A DNA stretch of 64,000 nt, from NCBI GenBank assembly GCA_964247055.1, contig OZ176051.1:11904001-11968000 (forward strand), given 5' to 3'. This document shows positions 1-13,454 of the stretch, piece after piece. Every line of letters starts with the position of its first letter. The stretch's first letter is position 1. The notes under the pieces are model-generated. The model was not told the DNA's origin, made no database searches, and worked only from the letters and a program-made list of their open reading frames with translations. The stretch comes from Paragordius varius. Lineage: Eukaryota > Animalia > Nematomorpha. Made by a program: the position numbers and the translations under genes.

Positions 1-199
1 CCATATCTGAACATTTTTTATGTTTTTGTGTTTCCATATGCTTTGTAATATCATGCTTGCCGCCATGTGCTAGAGTGAATTCCCCCTCGCAGATAAGACA
101 TTTAACAGATGATTCATTCTTCGTTTTTTTAATAAAAGGAAAATCTTTCATTAATATATCGTTGAATTTACAACCTCTTTTTGTGCTCATATTTATAAA

Positions 200-470
200 C
201 TACTATTAGTAAAATAAATATTATATTACCTTAATTTTCTGAAATAAACGTGTAAGGTACCGATTTGTGGTATCAATTTGTCTTTTAAGCTACCGATTTG
301 TGGTATTAATTTGGCTTTTTAATAATGTTGGCAAGTAATAAAACTAAAATATTAGTATAATAAATATATTACCTTAATTTTCTGGAATAAACGTGTAAGG
401 TACCGATTTGTGGTATCAATTTGTCTTTATATCTAGAGATTTGTGATATAAACTTGGCTTTTTGATAAGA
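200..470. repeat. Two-copy tandem duplication (~143-bp period) with an internal TACCGATTTGTGGTAT sub-repeat
   Basis: TATTACCTTAATTTTCTG(A/G)AATAAACGTGTAAGGTACCGATTTGTGGTATCAATTTGTCTTT occurs at ~224 and ~367. TACCGATTTGTGGTAT recurs within the first unit. Confidence 0.85.
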
Positions 471-682
471 ATGACAGTAGTAGTAGGAAGGAAAGTGTAT
501 AATCATATGATATAAGTTTCGAAAAATAAATATTTTTAATTTAAAAATAAAAAGTTTAAAATTAAAATTTATATAGATTTTAAAGATATTTAATGTTAAA
601 AAATTTAAACGGATAAAAAAAATTTATTTAAAAATTTTTTTTTTTATATAATCGTGAAAAAGCGGGGCATTTTAAAAACGTA

Positions 683-703
683 GCGGGACGTCTGGTCACC
701 TTA
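683..703 (-). mobile_element. Solitary hAT-Blackjack-like terminal inverted repeat end
   Basis: The minus strand reads TAAGGTGACCAGACGTCCCG, resembling the TAGGGTGACCA terminus of Blackjack-type hAT MITEs (MER81/MER94-like, from recall). No partner end was identified. Confidence 0.4.
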
Positions 704-1464
704 GGTATAGGCAATTTAACCTAATAAAATTTGATTAAAACAAATTTAGGCCCTCAACGGTCTTATTTAAAAATTTTATGAAATTATTTGTGTTTTACAG
801 ATTATTATTTTGATACAATAAAAAATTTAAGCTAATATAGTTACATCTATAATAATACTAAAAACAGTTAATTTTTGGTTTTTTGCAGTTATTTCTCATA
901 TATGGAGCTTAACAAAGTTTAAAAAAATGATTTCATAAACATGCAACAAGTATCCGAATTTAACCACTACCTATATAAATAATAGGTACATATAGGGGAA
1001 GTAGTTACTTAGGTCGAATCGACTCTTGAAATAAAAATAATTAGTTGCCTACGGCCCTTTTCCATTCTATTTCCTTTAATTCCATAATAAAGCTATCATT
1101 TCCATTTCTTTCCTTCGACTTTTCCAAAAATCCAATCTTTAGAGAATGTAGTTCTTAAAATGTGACCTCATTCTACTATCTTTTTAACTTTGTCCTACCA
1201 TTTTATTTTTGACCTTCTCCTCGTGCGCTACATTCAAACGATGCACTTTATAACTGAGTTTCAATGTTAAACTTTTTTAGCCATAAGTCCCAGTAAACAA
1301 TGCCTTTGATGCTTATTTTAATTTTCATAGCGACGTTGATACTTCTGGATAGTTTAATCAAGTTGTAGCGATATCAAATATATTTATTAGCAATAACTCC
1401 CAATCTGAGTATATAATAAAAAATTATTGTCATTATGCAAAACAAAAACTAAAAACTGTTTAAA

Positions 1465-1972
1465 TTATTTTTGATCAGGCTCTTCTAATAAAAATTCGGG
1501 TTTTGCATAACCCATTTCTTCGGGTGTTGATATGCCTAATTCATCAAGAGTGGGTCGTATTTCTTGCAATATATATGGATATATTTCGTTAACTTTACTA
1601 CCGCATTTAAACTAAATCATTAATTAAAATATACTTTAACGGCTTCCAATACTCTGGTTGTCAGTGCGTAATCATTTAACCTCCGGCACGCTTTAAAAAT
1701 TGATATAATAATTTTAGGTTCAGGTATGACATCTGAATGCTAAGATATATTATTATAGAATGTACTATCAAATCATTTATTCCGTGCCTTAATTCCCAGC
1801 TATCTATGTTCTCTTTATTAAAATAGTCAATGTATTTTTGATCAAATTCCTCATCCGTCAATGAGTGTGAAGCATATAAACGAACATTTTTTAGATAACT
1901 AAATAAATTATTATAAACTTACAAAAGATTCCCGACTTTTGGCACTTTAGTTAGAAGCCGTGTGATATTCAT
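1465..1972 (-). CDS. COX5A: Cytochrome c oxidase subunit 5A, 4 exons
   Basis: Exons (minus) 1972-1923, 1898-1766, 1739-1635 and 1611-1465 are joined by GT-AG introns of 24, 26 and 23 nt. Protein: MNITRLL...[70 protein letters not shown]...[26 protein letters not shown]..., showing the classic COX5A motifs. Confidence 0.97.
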
Positions 1973-2329
1973 TTTGACTGACAGAAAGAAGCAAGCAGCA
2001 GGTTATTTAAAATATTATTTTTTTATCCAGATATAATAAACTCGCTTTATATATGATACTCTAAATATAAATGTTTAAATAATATTTCGCCTGAATTAAT
2101 TATATCTATGGTACACAGAAGTATATTGAAAAATTATAAATAATTGGGTAAGTAAGTGTACTAGGATTCTTATGGTTGGATATTATTACGGTTGGAATAA
2201 ACAAGACATCTTTACGTAACCGCTTTATGTTAACAAAATATGCGCAAATTTCTGCATAAATAATGGTTTATCTTAAACATATTATTCAAAAATATTATAA
2301 ATTATATATGTACCAAAATTTTTTATAAA

Positions 2330-4060
2330 TTTAGCGCCAAAATTCTGAAACTTTTAGACATCTCTAAAATTGGTATTTTACTAAAATTTAAATGCCGTTT
2401 GGCAATAATTTTAATTAAAGAAAACTTCCAAAAAATTTTATGCAAGTTAGTTTCAAGGAAATTTAGTTACGCGAGACTTAAGGTATTTTTAAGTATGGTT
2501 TAAGCGGAAATTACAATGCGATTTAATATAAAAAATTCATAATTTAACGATTAACTTAGATTTTAATTTATAAATGTGTTTAACTTCTTAAACCTATTTA
2601 AATAACTTTCAGAATTATGTATCGGCAAAGAGCGTTTTAATTGAAAATCTAAGGTAATGAAAATGTTCAGCGTCCTCAAATATATTTTAAATTGTGTAAT
2701 AAATCTCAAAGTGTTTATACCTTTCCACATGCGGCAAACATTAATCTCCCTTCTCTTATATAAATATTTTAAACCTATATAATTATTTCATGAAAAAAAA
2801 TTCTTGGCATCATTTGATAGTTTTGTCATAATAAAGCATTTATCTTTTACCAAAGTTAATTAGAGTAATGAATATTCGAACGCTCAAGATTAACTCCTAT
2901 CAAAACTCTTTACATATACAATTTTCCATATATAAAATTCAAGTTTATATATAAATGAACATATACCCCCAATAAGATCTAAGATCAATATAATCCAATT
3001 AGGTAGGTTAATAGTGGTCATATGCATGGTAAAGAACCGTTCAAAGCTCTATTACAATGTTTTATTAAGGTGACATTGCAAAAAAACGCACACTTCATTA
3101 AACATTGAATAAACACAAAACACATGATAAAAGTATTAATACGAGAGCATTCAAAAACAAAATTTAAAATCGTTCATAATTATAAAGTAAAATAATAGGC
3201 CTTCAATATTAATTTAAATTAATATAAAAACAGATAAAACCCAAGTTTTTAACAGTAATTTTTTTATATAGCCTAACTTTTATATGCTTTTTAAATTTGT
3301 AAAAGTCCATACATGAAGATTTGATTATTAACTTTTAGTTTAAGATTTGTGATTAATATGCTATATCATTTGTTTAATTTTGTGATGTTATTAACCATTA
3401 TATTTTAAAATGGATGTAACTTTGAGCCTGGGTTAAAAGTCTTAGTTTTAAAATCTTTTAACATAAAAACGAAATAGGTGCCATAAAACAATCCGAGATC
3501 CAATGTCTACCAAGTATAATATGTATAATGTTATTAATTCTTTTATAAAAATTATTTAGCGATAAGCTGTTATGAAAATTTGAAATCAATAAATAAATTA
3601 ATATTGATTAAAATTTCTACAACAACACTGCTCAACAAGGTTTTGTACCCCATTTTTTCATTTTTTTACATAGCCCATGTAAAGGACAAAACAAATAAAA
3701 TTGAGGCCGCTAATAGGATTTTTTAAATTCTTTTTGCAAAAACAATTATTCCTCGTATACATATACTCAAATATTTGACTGAGCAAATCGATACAAGTGG
3801 TATTCCAGCAGGTATTTTCATTATAATTTTAAAATGAAAATGGTATTATCCAAATATACCAGCCTCAGTATACGATAATTAAAAAAAATTTTAACGAAGA
3901 CTCTACAGAAAATGTTGATGATTCAAATAATAAAACTTTAACTAAAAAGTCGATCATTATATTAAAAAATATAATCTATCCAAAATCACTGCTGAAGATG
4001 TATCTCTTTTTCAGGAGAAATACAAATTGAGCGGGCTTGTTATTCCACATAGAAATAGAT
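2330..4060 (+). CDS. Possible unresolved multi-exon gene divergent from COX5A
   Basis: Several short AG...GT-bounded open stretches, e.g. ...PRIHILKYLTEQIDTSGIPA| near 3750-3810, and a stop-terminated DHYIKKYNLSKITAEDVSLFQEKYKLSGLVIPHRNR* near 3950-4060. I could not build a consistent gene model and recognised no homology. Confidence 0.25.
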
Positions 4061-5214
4061 AGTATACAATAAAAAAATGTTCAATATATTAAATATATTA
4101 ATTAAAAATTCTATGTAGAAATAAAATATACCTAACTTTTAGAACATAGAATTAAAATAAATTAAAAGCTAACCAAATTATTAAAAATCAAAAATCCAAA
4201 AATCTAAAAGGGAATTGTATGGTATGATAGATCCGGGCGGCTTGCACAACCTCTGAAAAACAACACCCCCCAAGCGCTCCTATAATTATGCCAGATATGG
4301 CAAGGTACAACGAGGTGATCTAAAAGCCCATAGGATGCAGAGAATATAACGTAGTTAAGTCAGTATAATCCAGGGAAATTGACATGTAACCAATTCACAG
4401 AATAGAGTTAGACAAATTCAACCATTAAATCGGATAAGAAGATTAGATAAATACAAGTAGTCCTATTGGGGCCCATAACTATGGTAAGATATCCTCCATC
4501 TATGCAATAACCGTTTCTGCTTAACATCCATCTGAAATTCAAAATATGGCGCATCCAACAATTTTGAAAATAAATGAAAACCACCAGTGATTAATAGGGT
4601 TTTTTGTAATAAACAACCGAAGAAAAAAAACCCTATTAACTACTAAAAATAAGCCATTCTAACAAAATGAATATAGCCTCTCTGAAAGCCCAAGGTTTAA
4701 ACGACAAAATCCCTCCTTAGTATTTTTTTATACAAATTTATACGTAAAATTAGCTTTAGAAAAACACTAGAATTAAACATTTATACCCGTACTATTTTTT
4801 TCTCCCTGTTATTTAAATGACATATTTAAATTAAAAATAAAGTTTAAAACGCTTTATGAAATGATAATATTTTTATAATATAAAATCTTTTATTACAAAG
4901 TTATATATGAATTTTTGCCTATGTTTTTGAAAAATTGAAAATCCTGTAATACCTCAAAATTCTGATTGGGGGAATCAAAATTATTTTTAGATTCGGTTTT
5001 GGAACACTAAAATTAGTCGAAATTTATTTTGAGTAGTGGTGCAAAGGTTAATTTAGTCAACTAGTGTAATTATTAAAATTTATCCATTTGGGATAATTTG
5101 CAATGCTAAAATAAAATATTATCGTAATATTTTTAAAAAAATCTATTAAAATAATAATTTGGATTGCAAAAATGATAATGGATTTTTTTCGGAAAATCTA
5201 ATATCCTCGACCCC

Positions 5215-7224
5215 CTAATGTCTATGTGGTCTCCTGTGAGCCCCATGATGTCTATAGTGTCCATGATGTCTTGTTGCACTAAACTTTAGCAACACTGTTC
5301 CATTATTCGGAGTGACCTATATAAATTATTATAATACAAATACCTTATTCAATCAAACTCAATATTTTCAACGAAACTCAACTTTTTTTTCAATCTCACA
5401 ACTTTTCGAATATTATTTTGATTGTAGTAAAAATGCTATAATAATAATACACCGATATAAACACATATAGTACTTACTGGAATTTCCAGATTATCGTATC
5501 CACGGCCACGTACATTGTTTATCAACCTTTCCCCCTCCATCCTTGTTCCCTCAGCCACAATAAGGCGTGGATGGCGTGGATTTTCCTCATTCCTTTCTTT
5601 CAATACGCACACGTTCCGTTTTTCATGTGAAGATTTTTCATCACGTCGTTCTCCCATTAGACGAGTGTTACCATGGTAATGTCTTCGGGGATGGTGTCTT
5701 TTTTTTCGTTTACTCCCTTGTAAAAGATATATTTTTTTTGGTAGGATGCGTAAAAAATTGATGTCATACAGTATTAAAATTATGCTATGGACAAAACGTA
5801 AAAATATACAGATAAATACACTTTTTGTTTCAAAAGACAATCATACTTTTTAAACCTTAATAATTTTTGTATAAAATATATATAATTGATTGTGCCACAC
5901 CTAACTCTATTTGATATTTAGCGAATTTGCACAATGATTTATATTTTAAAAAAGCATAGCGGTTATTCTTTACAAAAAAAAGATATATTTGTCCTTATAT
6001 TTTTACGTTTTGTCCAGCATAATTTCAATTTTTACTGTAATAAAATATCATGAACCAACAAAACCTTCGTCGGTGACACCTGTCGAATCGTCCGCCCCAG
6101 AAGCGTCAGAATCTGAAGTTGAAGGAGGAATTTCTTCGACAGGTTCTGTCACTTCGGGTGTTTCTGTTCCCTCCGGTTTCTCTTCGCCCGTATCAGGGCT
6201 TGTTTCCTTCGCCGTTATGGCTGTTACGTTACAGTAGACATTACTTTCGTTGATTGCAGCATCCACGTTTTTAAGAGATAGTTTACCATTAAATACTGTA
6301 GTTATATAAATTTATTAGCATAAGTAAGTCAGTCAATCCATACATATATTAATTAAAATTTTATTTTAAGTTTTTCTTACCGACATTAGCGTCGGACGTG
6401 GATCTTTCTACGTCTATCGAGATGTAACGACAATTCTCCAAGTGAATAACTTTATCGCTTTCTATATTAATATAACAATTATTAATTAAAAATAAAATAT
6501 CCCACGATAGAATTACATTTAAGTGAAATATAAGAGCAAAAGTATATATATTTAAATTTTATAAAGATTTAGCAGAAGAAAGTTTGTAATTTTTTATTTT
6601 CAATGATATGTTATTTCAAGGCGCTGTTTGTTCACCTGCTAAAAATAAGATTTTTGTAAATTATATATCATTCTAAATATTTAACCAAAAAATTGCAAAC
6701 GGCAAGACTTTCTTGGGGTAAAAATTCTAATCGCCGTAAATACCCCGTTTTTTTCAAAAAATATATGGAACCATAAGGATAAAAGGTTCGGAGCTGGTTA
6801 CAGTTATTGCACATGGTAGACTTGTGCAAAGCTCTAGACCTGAACTCAAAAAGGCAATAAATATTTGAGAAGAAATTTAATCTTAAACCCATATAAATTT
6901 CATTGGTATCCACGGTATGGTAATAATTAAGATTCTTATGGATGTATCCGCTAAACTTATGTATTTATAATTGTAATGCAAAATCTTAGCTGTAATATTT
7001 GGGAAAATAGAATATATCCTGGAAAATATGCTACCTTGTACGCTAATTTCCTTTGTCGCCTCGCCCGGTATCAAAGTTTCGTTTTTGTCATCATAAATTA
7101 TGCGACATTCCTTTGGGTGTCTGCCCATATGAAATCCTCCATGGTGATGTCCTCGGTGTCCATAGATAGACACGAAATTCAGGTATAAAACTATGGAAAA
7201 AACGGTAAGCCATTTAAGAGCCAT
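5215..7224 (-). CDS. Orphan secreted His/Arg-rich protein, ~6 exons
   Basis: Signal peptide MALKWLTVFSIVLYLNFVSIYG, then HRGHHHGGFHMGRH. The last four exons splice in frame with canonical sites: 6461-6381, 6295-6065 (acidic E/T/P/S linker), 5716-5478 (GSKRKKRHHPRRHYHG...) and 5316-5215 (...RHHGHYRHHGAHRRPHRH*). The exon 1/2 boundaries (about 7042 / 6955 / 6774) are less certain. Confidence 0.75.
5769..6037. mobile_element. Tc1/mariner-type MITE, copy 1 (in an intron of the His-rich gene)
   Basis: TA|CAGTA...TACTG|TA termini (TA target duplication). Long imperfect TIRs: ATTATGCT..GGACAAAACGTAAAAATATA and TATATTTTTACGTTTTGTCCAGCATAAT. Confidence 0.85.
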
Positions 7225-7855
7225 ATTAATATTTTTCCAAACGAAATAAAAATTATGAATTGTACATTTACTTACACCTTATATTATCATTAAGAATGTT
7301 TGCTCAGATGTGTGGATTAACGCAGAAAATGGAATATGACCCGTATTTTGCGCCCAATAAACGCATATTACTTAACTTTCTATTTTTAACAAAATAAAAA
7401 ATTAATTTAATTGTATAAAATTATGGGTTGTATGCCATCTTTTTTTTCGAATAAGCTCTTAAAACTTTTTATTTGTGAAAACACTTGTGTAAATATATTG
7501 CGCCTGTTATATGATTTCACAAAAATGATCCGCTTAACATTTTTGACTATGATAAATGTTATTTATAGCGTTAAAATAATAGATCTTATGATAGTAAATA
7601 AAATACTTATTTTTTATATATGTATATATATATATATTTATATATATATATATACATATTATGCTGACCGGTCTTATTTTTTATTGGTTCAAAAATTACC
7701 GGTTATAATCAGCTAATCGCTATTGGGATATGTAGGAACCATATTAATATTAATACTGAGGCCTTAATCGTGTAAAATATGAATAAATGTATATTTCACA
7801 ATTTTTTTCTCACATGAAAAGGTGTTTGTTTTATAAGATTATATTATATTAATTT

Positions 7856-9000
7856 ACTAGATGGCCCTGTCACGCTTCGCTGTGACATAGTAACACCGAT
7901 TTGTAATAAATAGAGGTAATGGAGATAAAAAATAAAAAAACAAATTAAATAAAAAGAAAGTTTTTAATTATTCTTTTACAGGTTATGAATAGGCTCAAAT
8001 ATTGTTTAATCGAAATCGACCATATTTAAACAGTTACTTATTTAATTTAATATACAACTATCATTAAATTTATTTTAAATTTAACGACATGGTTAAAATT
8101 ATTTTGAAATTGGGTTCACAAAGCTGGGATCGAGGGATATAAAAAGTAAACCATTTGTAGTCACTTTAAAGAAAAGAATGATGTTATACAAAATCCCTAG
8201 AAATTTGTTGGCGTCTTAATTTTTTGAATATAAAACCACGCCCATTTTTGTATGGCGTCTCAATAACCGGTAGACCCCTATGATAGACCTATAAGGAAAA
8301 AGCGCTGAGTTAAATTCTTTTCCTTTATAGGGCAAATATTTGGAATCATCTATGTAGCCGTCTCATGGGTTATTCAAAAAAATACCTCATATATGATGGC
8401 GTATTTTTAGGGAATAAAGCCCCAAATTATAGTGGCGCAGTTTTTGGCGATCATCACCCAGGGGCAGGTATAAAAAAGCGTTGGGAGAATTTTTATCTTA
8501 CTATGGGGAATATCTGGAAGTAGCATGGATTCCATATGTTTCTATTAATCCAGAAGTTTTCCGAAATTTAGCTCCAAAGGCAATGATATGGTGGCGCAGT
8601 TTTAGGCGGGTAGTTTTCTACCCGGTTGATACAAAAAAGCGCTGATTAAAATTTTTGCCTTTGGAAAATACTTGGAATAATGATTGATTCATATACTCTC
8701 ATTAGTTTTTGGGAAGATTTGCCTCAAAACTAAAAAATCACGGTGGCGGATTTTTCAGGACGTGAAGGTCTTAATTAACGGCCAATTTCAAAAAGCCACA
8801 CTACCTAAATTTTTACCTTCCTAAGGGTAGTAATTTAAGCACCTATTGAACTCATATGGCCTGATAGTTTTACTGAAATTTAGCCCCAACGGGTATCTCC
8901 TTACCCAGCAGTTATAATAAATAAAACGCACGACTAAAATTTTTGCCTTTTAACATGGATAACCTGGAATCCATATTAAATTTTTACGGTCTCATACCTT
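7856..9000. repeat. Degenerate ~135-175 bp tandem array (about 5 units) preceded by a Helitron-like 5' motif
   Basis: The anchor AAAAAGCGC/T..AAATTTTT recurs at ~8298, 8473, 8635, 8790 and 8923, and (G/A)TGGCG(C/G)A.TTTT recurs at ~8251, 8394, 8433, 8591 and 8741. At 7856, ACTAG...GTCACGCTTCGCTGTGAC forms a small hairpin resembling Helitron/HINE 5' ends (weak). Confidence 0.65.
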
Positions 9001-12000
9001 GATCGAAAAAAAGGTTCAAAAAATTATTTTTGTGGACAAAAATGGCATTTTACGAGGGGAGCGGGTAAAAGGGCCTAAATTTAAAATGCGAGCCGACTAT
9101 GTTAAATGCATTCGAAAATATGTAAGAAATAATTATATTTAAAATCAAGTGGCCCAACAGGTTTTTTGGAAAATTGTCTCAAAACGAATTTTGTTTTAAA
9201 AAAACGTTTTTATACGGGGTGGGCCTGAACTGGGGGCCTAATTCCAAAAAAGGCGAAGCTATTGTCGGGGCTTTCATAAATGATTATATTTTTTCGATAT
9301 TTGGATTTGAATGGGTCTACCGGTTTTCCGGAAACAGATCAGAAAGCCAGTTTCCATATATATATATATATGAATTTAGATATCATGAGATAACAAAAAT
9401 TGGTAAGCCGCCCAACTAACAGTTAAATGTCTTGATAACCAGTCAAAGCCAAATCTAATCCAAACAGACTTTAAATCCTACTATATTATAAAATTTCACC
9501 ATAAACGTGTTTTAGAGTCCAAGTTTAGTTATATATTAATCAAAGTAAGCTGAAAATATCAAAACGTCAATCAAATATGGCCGCATATTATTTATTTTAT
9601 CTGTGATTTTTATAATTTTCTTGGGTTAGTTTCTATATTTTGAAATTAACTATTACTTTACATAAAAAATAGCCACAGCTGGCTGGCACTTTGATAAAAT
9701 AAAAGTTACTTTTATAATTACATACTATATAGTTAATTTCTGACCGTAAATTAAAAAAAATCTCATCTATATATTTCATGTGTCACAGTTGGAAATTTAT
9801 TTATCTCATATAGAAACTAAAATACCCTTAAACCCCTTTTGTCTTATTATATTTGAGATATACGTTTTATAATATCATAATTACACTAATGATAAATGAC
9901 TATTTAAACATTATATAAAACGGACTTACTTTTTTTTCAGATAATTTATGCACTGCTAAAATATCTAAGTATTATAAAATAAATTATGTATTAACTAGCT
10001 GGCGACAGTGCAACAATAAATTTCTAAAAGAGAAGGTCTTGTATTTTAGGATGTATTATTAGACGAATTTTTGGACAGTTTTTTGGTCTATTTATTATAG
10101 ATTTTATAACTATTTATATTTTTTGGATGTTTATTACAAATAAAATGTTTCAAACAAGAAGGTAATTATATATTAAATAATCTTTTGAGGATATTTGATT
10201 TTTCGGTTTTAAATAAGGCTATTGTGTTTTACTATAATTAAATTGAGATCATAGTCTTAAAGACACTGATATATGTCAAAAATCTATTTTATGTATGTTT
10301 AAATACTCTGTTAATGGAGAGATCCTTAAATTCCGCCAAATGCCAAGATATATACTTTAATATAATCTAAGATTTTTTGGAATGTTAAGAATAAAATTGT
10401 TTTAAATAATATTCAAAAATATAGCTGAAATCCAAGCTGATGAAAAATAAATATCATATGAAATACAAATCGACTATTGTTTATTATATAATCACGCAAT
10501 TAAATTTCAGAAAACTCTATCAGATGCAAAATTTGAATATGTCTGTCTATAAAGAGGGAAAATTTTTAATAAAAAATAATGATGGTAGAAAAAATAAAAC
10601 TTTTTTAAAAATTAAATATATGGCAAATATAAAAATAAAAGCGAATCTTTATTTTTATTATATAGCAGACGATCCCAAAGTAAAAGGCTTTACGGACCGC
10701 AATTTCGACTAAAAAAATCCGGATGGACGCATTTTAAAAGATATAAATACGTACTAAAGATAGTACTATGAATTTAGTATATATAATTTATGGGTTAAAA
10801 AAATAACTCAACCAATTAAACAAATGGTGATATCTAAGGAGTTAATTTCTGGTTAAATTAAGACATAAACACTTAAAAAATATTTTTATAAAATGGAAAT
10901 AGTTTTTAAGGTTAAAATTATATTTAAATAAAAATAAATGATAGAAGATGCATTTTTTATCAAAAGCTCATATATATAAAGCGGTAATTGCTGAAACCGT
11001 TAAACGTTGATTGGTGTCAATAAGTTAGATGCATTAAAGTTTTTCTAGAAGAAGGGAATTTGAAGGCGCACATATTTGTGTTTGTTTTATAATTTTTTAA
11101 CTGCTTATAACGAATGTAAAATTCCCATATTATGTGAGAAAAAAGTTGATAATAAAAAACATGTTCTTAGTTTGACAAGAAATCAGAGAACAGTATTCGC
11201 CACTTTTATTTTTGCATGGTTTAATAAATAAAATCAGTTCCAAAGTGTGATGCCTATAGGCTCTGAGATTTAGTCCCTTTTAAGTTTCTGGTAACTCTAC
11301 AACTGCAAACTAAAAATTTATTGTTAAAGTATGAAAAGCAGGCTACCGTGGTTATTGTATCAAATAATTAGAAAACATTGGTATATTGTGTTGCTTTTTA
11401 CATTTTTATGTATTTTAATAAATTATTTATGAAGGCCCATATATATTTCAAATGCGGCCCGCCATTTTATTTAAATTAACGATGTGGCTCGCGACAAATG
11501 TTTGTAATTAAATATAAATTTGGGCACTACTAGCAAAAATTGAATAATTTTAATACAATACACTCAAAAACTAATTGATATTATATCATTTGATGTGTGT
11601 TGGCGATTTTTCTAAAAGACGAAACTACAGCCCTTTTCCTCACAGCTGTTGAAACAACCAAAATTGGCCAAAAATATTCATTTATTTTTTATACATTGTT
11701 TAACCTCTCTCTATATATATATTTAATATAATTTTTATAATTATAGATAAAGGTACCATACAATATATTTTTATTTCGTGTCCTGGAACATAATCATTCA
11801 CATTCCATCAATAAATACTAAATTATTTAAAATTAAAATAACCCTTTGACAAAAATCTTGAATCGGAAGTTAAGTGAAAAATCTTGACACGAAAATTAAA
11901 ATGATGTCACACAAATCGAATTTGGATTTATGGATTACTTTAATTACCCTTAAATTATTTTAAATTTTAATTTATATTATGAATATATACTGTACTCTTT

Positions 12001-13454
12001 TATGTTTAAAGTATGTATACTTGAAATATAATTTATGTTGGTGACATTATGTAAAAACAGATACTCCCGTCTATTCAAATTATCAAGCATAATTAAAATT
12101 AAAAATCAATTTTGGAAGCAATGAATATGCTAAAAATATTTTTTACAATACTTGCTCATTATTTTGAATATTTAAAGAAATTTTTATAAAAAATTAAATT
12201 TTATTGGTTATTTTTTATTAATACCTATAAAAATCTATTGTAAGCATAAATAACTGTATATACTTGATTTACTTTACAGACACCACTATAAAATAAATAT
12301 TTCAATTGTACCTTTTATTCAGGATAATTAAAAATTGTATTACAATTATATATGTGTATAAAATTGGTGGTTATATTTTTGTATTGTGTCCTCTTTTTTT
12401 CTGTTTATATAATGACAATAATTATTTTTTAACAACAAAATATCTGTATATTAGGATAGAATAGAGCTTTGTTTTTTTTATGTTTCATTATATTTTACAT
12501 TTACATTTCTGCATCTAATGTACAATAGTGGTTTTATCATCTAGTAGAAAGCTAAAAGAGTATTTTTATATTTTTTAAAATATGTGATGTAATTTTTATT
12601 GGACAAAGACAAAGTGGATGTCATATACAAAGTTTGTTAATAAAACGGTTATTTTACCCAATTCGCTAAAAATGGATGTGTGGACAATGTATTTTTAAAT
12701 GGAATTTATTTCACAGAAGAAAGCAAAAAAAATCAAATTCTTGGAGGTTTTTTTTTTCAACAAAACATATTCCAAAATCATATTAAAAATCGTGAATTTT
12801 TTTCCTTATGGAGGATAAAAATATTCTTTTTTTGTTTATAGAGAATATGTAATGGGCACAAAACTTTATTCTTTTCCATGTTGTTTTTATCAAAGGAAAA
12901 AACACAATGAACAAAGATAAAATTAAATTTTTGTACAATTTCTACACTAGAAAACATATTCTTCTACCTCCCAACCATTTTTTATAACGTCTATTAATAT
13001 TATTCTAGACCGCTAATTCCATCTCAATCCATTTTGATAAAAAACACCTGTGGCTATTCTTCCGCTAAGCCTAACAAATTCTGTAATTTATAATTTAAAT
13101 TATATACTATCATAACTGTTTATATTTAAAATCCTTTTTTTTTCATTTTTTTGGTGTTGGCAAAAATTTAAATTCTTTCCATCATTAATTATATAATAAT
13201 AATTTTGTGTTTTTTTCTTACGTAGCAAATTAATTAACGTTAAAAATGGTTGAAATTTTAACACTAAAACCATATCTCGCTCCATACATGTACTTTCTCC
13301 CGTTTTTGGATGTATTGAAATCACATTGAACCAAAAAAGTTCTGTTATCGCATTTGAATAAATGTAAAATATTTGTGCTTTGACGCATGTTGGGTTTTTT
13401 TTAATTAACATAAAAACACAATATAAATACTTGTCGATACCTATTCCATAAATA

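Noticed and set aside
1020-1430. Purine-rich minus-strand stretch suggesting a transposase relic
   Set aside because: All frames are interrupted and no diagnostic motif was found.
9860-12800. Possible short exons, including a signal-peptide-like MKSRLPWLL... at 11331, as the glypican 5' end
   Set aside because: Exon 13455-13707 already supplies the signal peptide and first cysteine with the correct phase. The others do not splice in frame.
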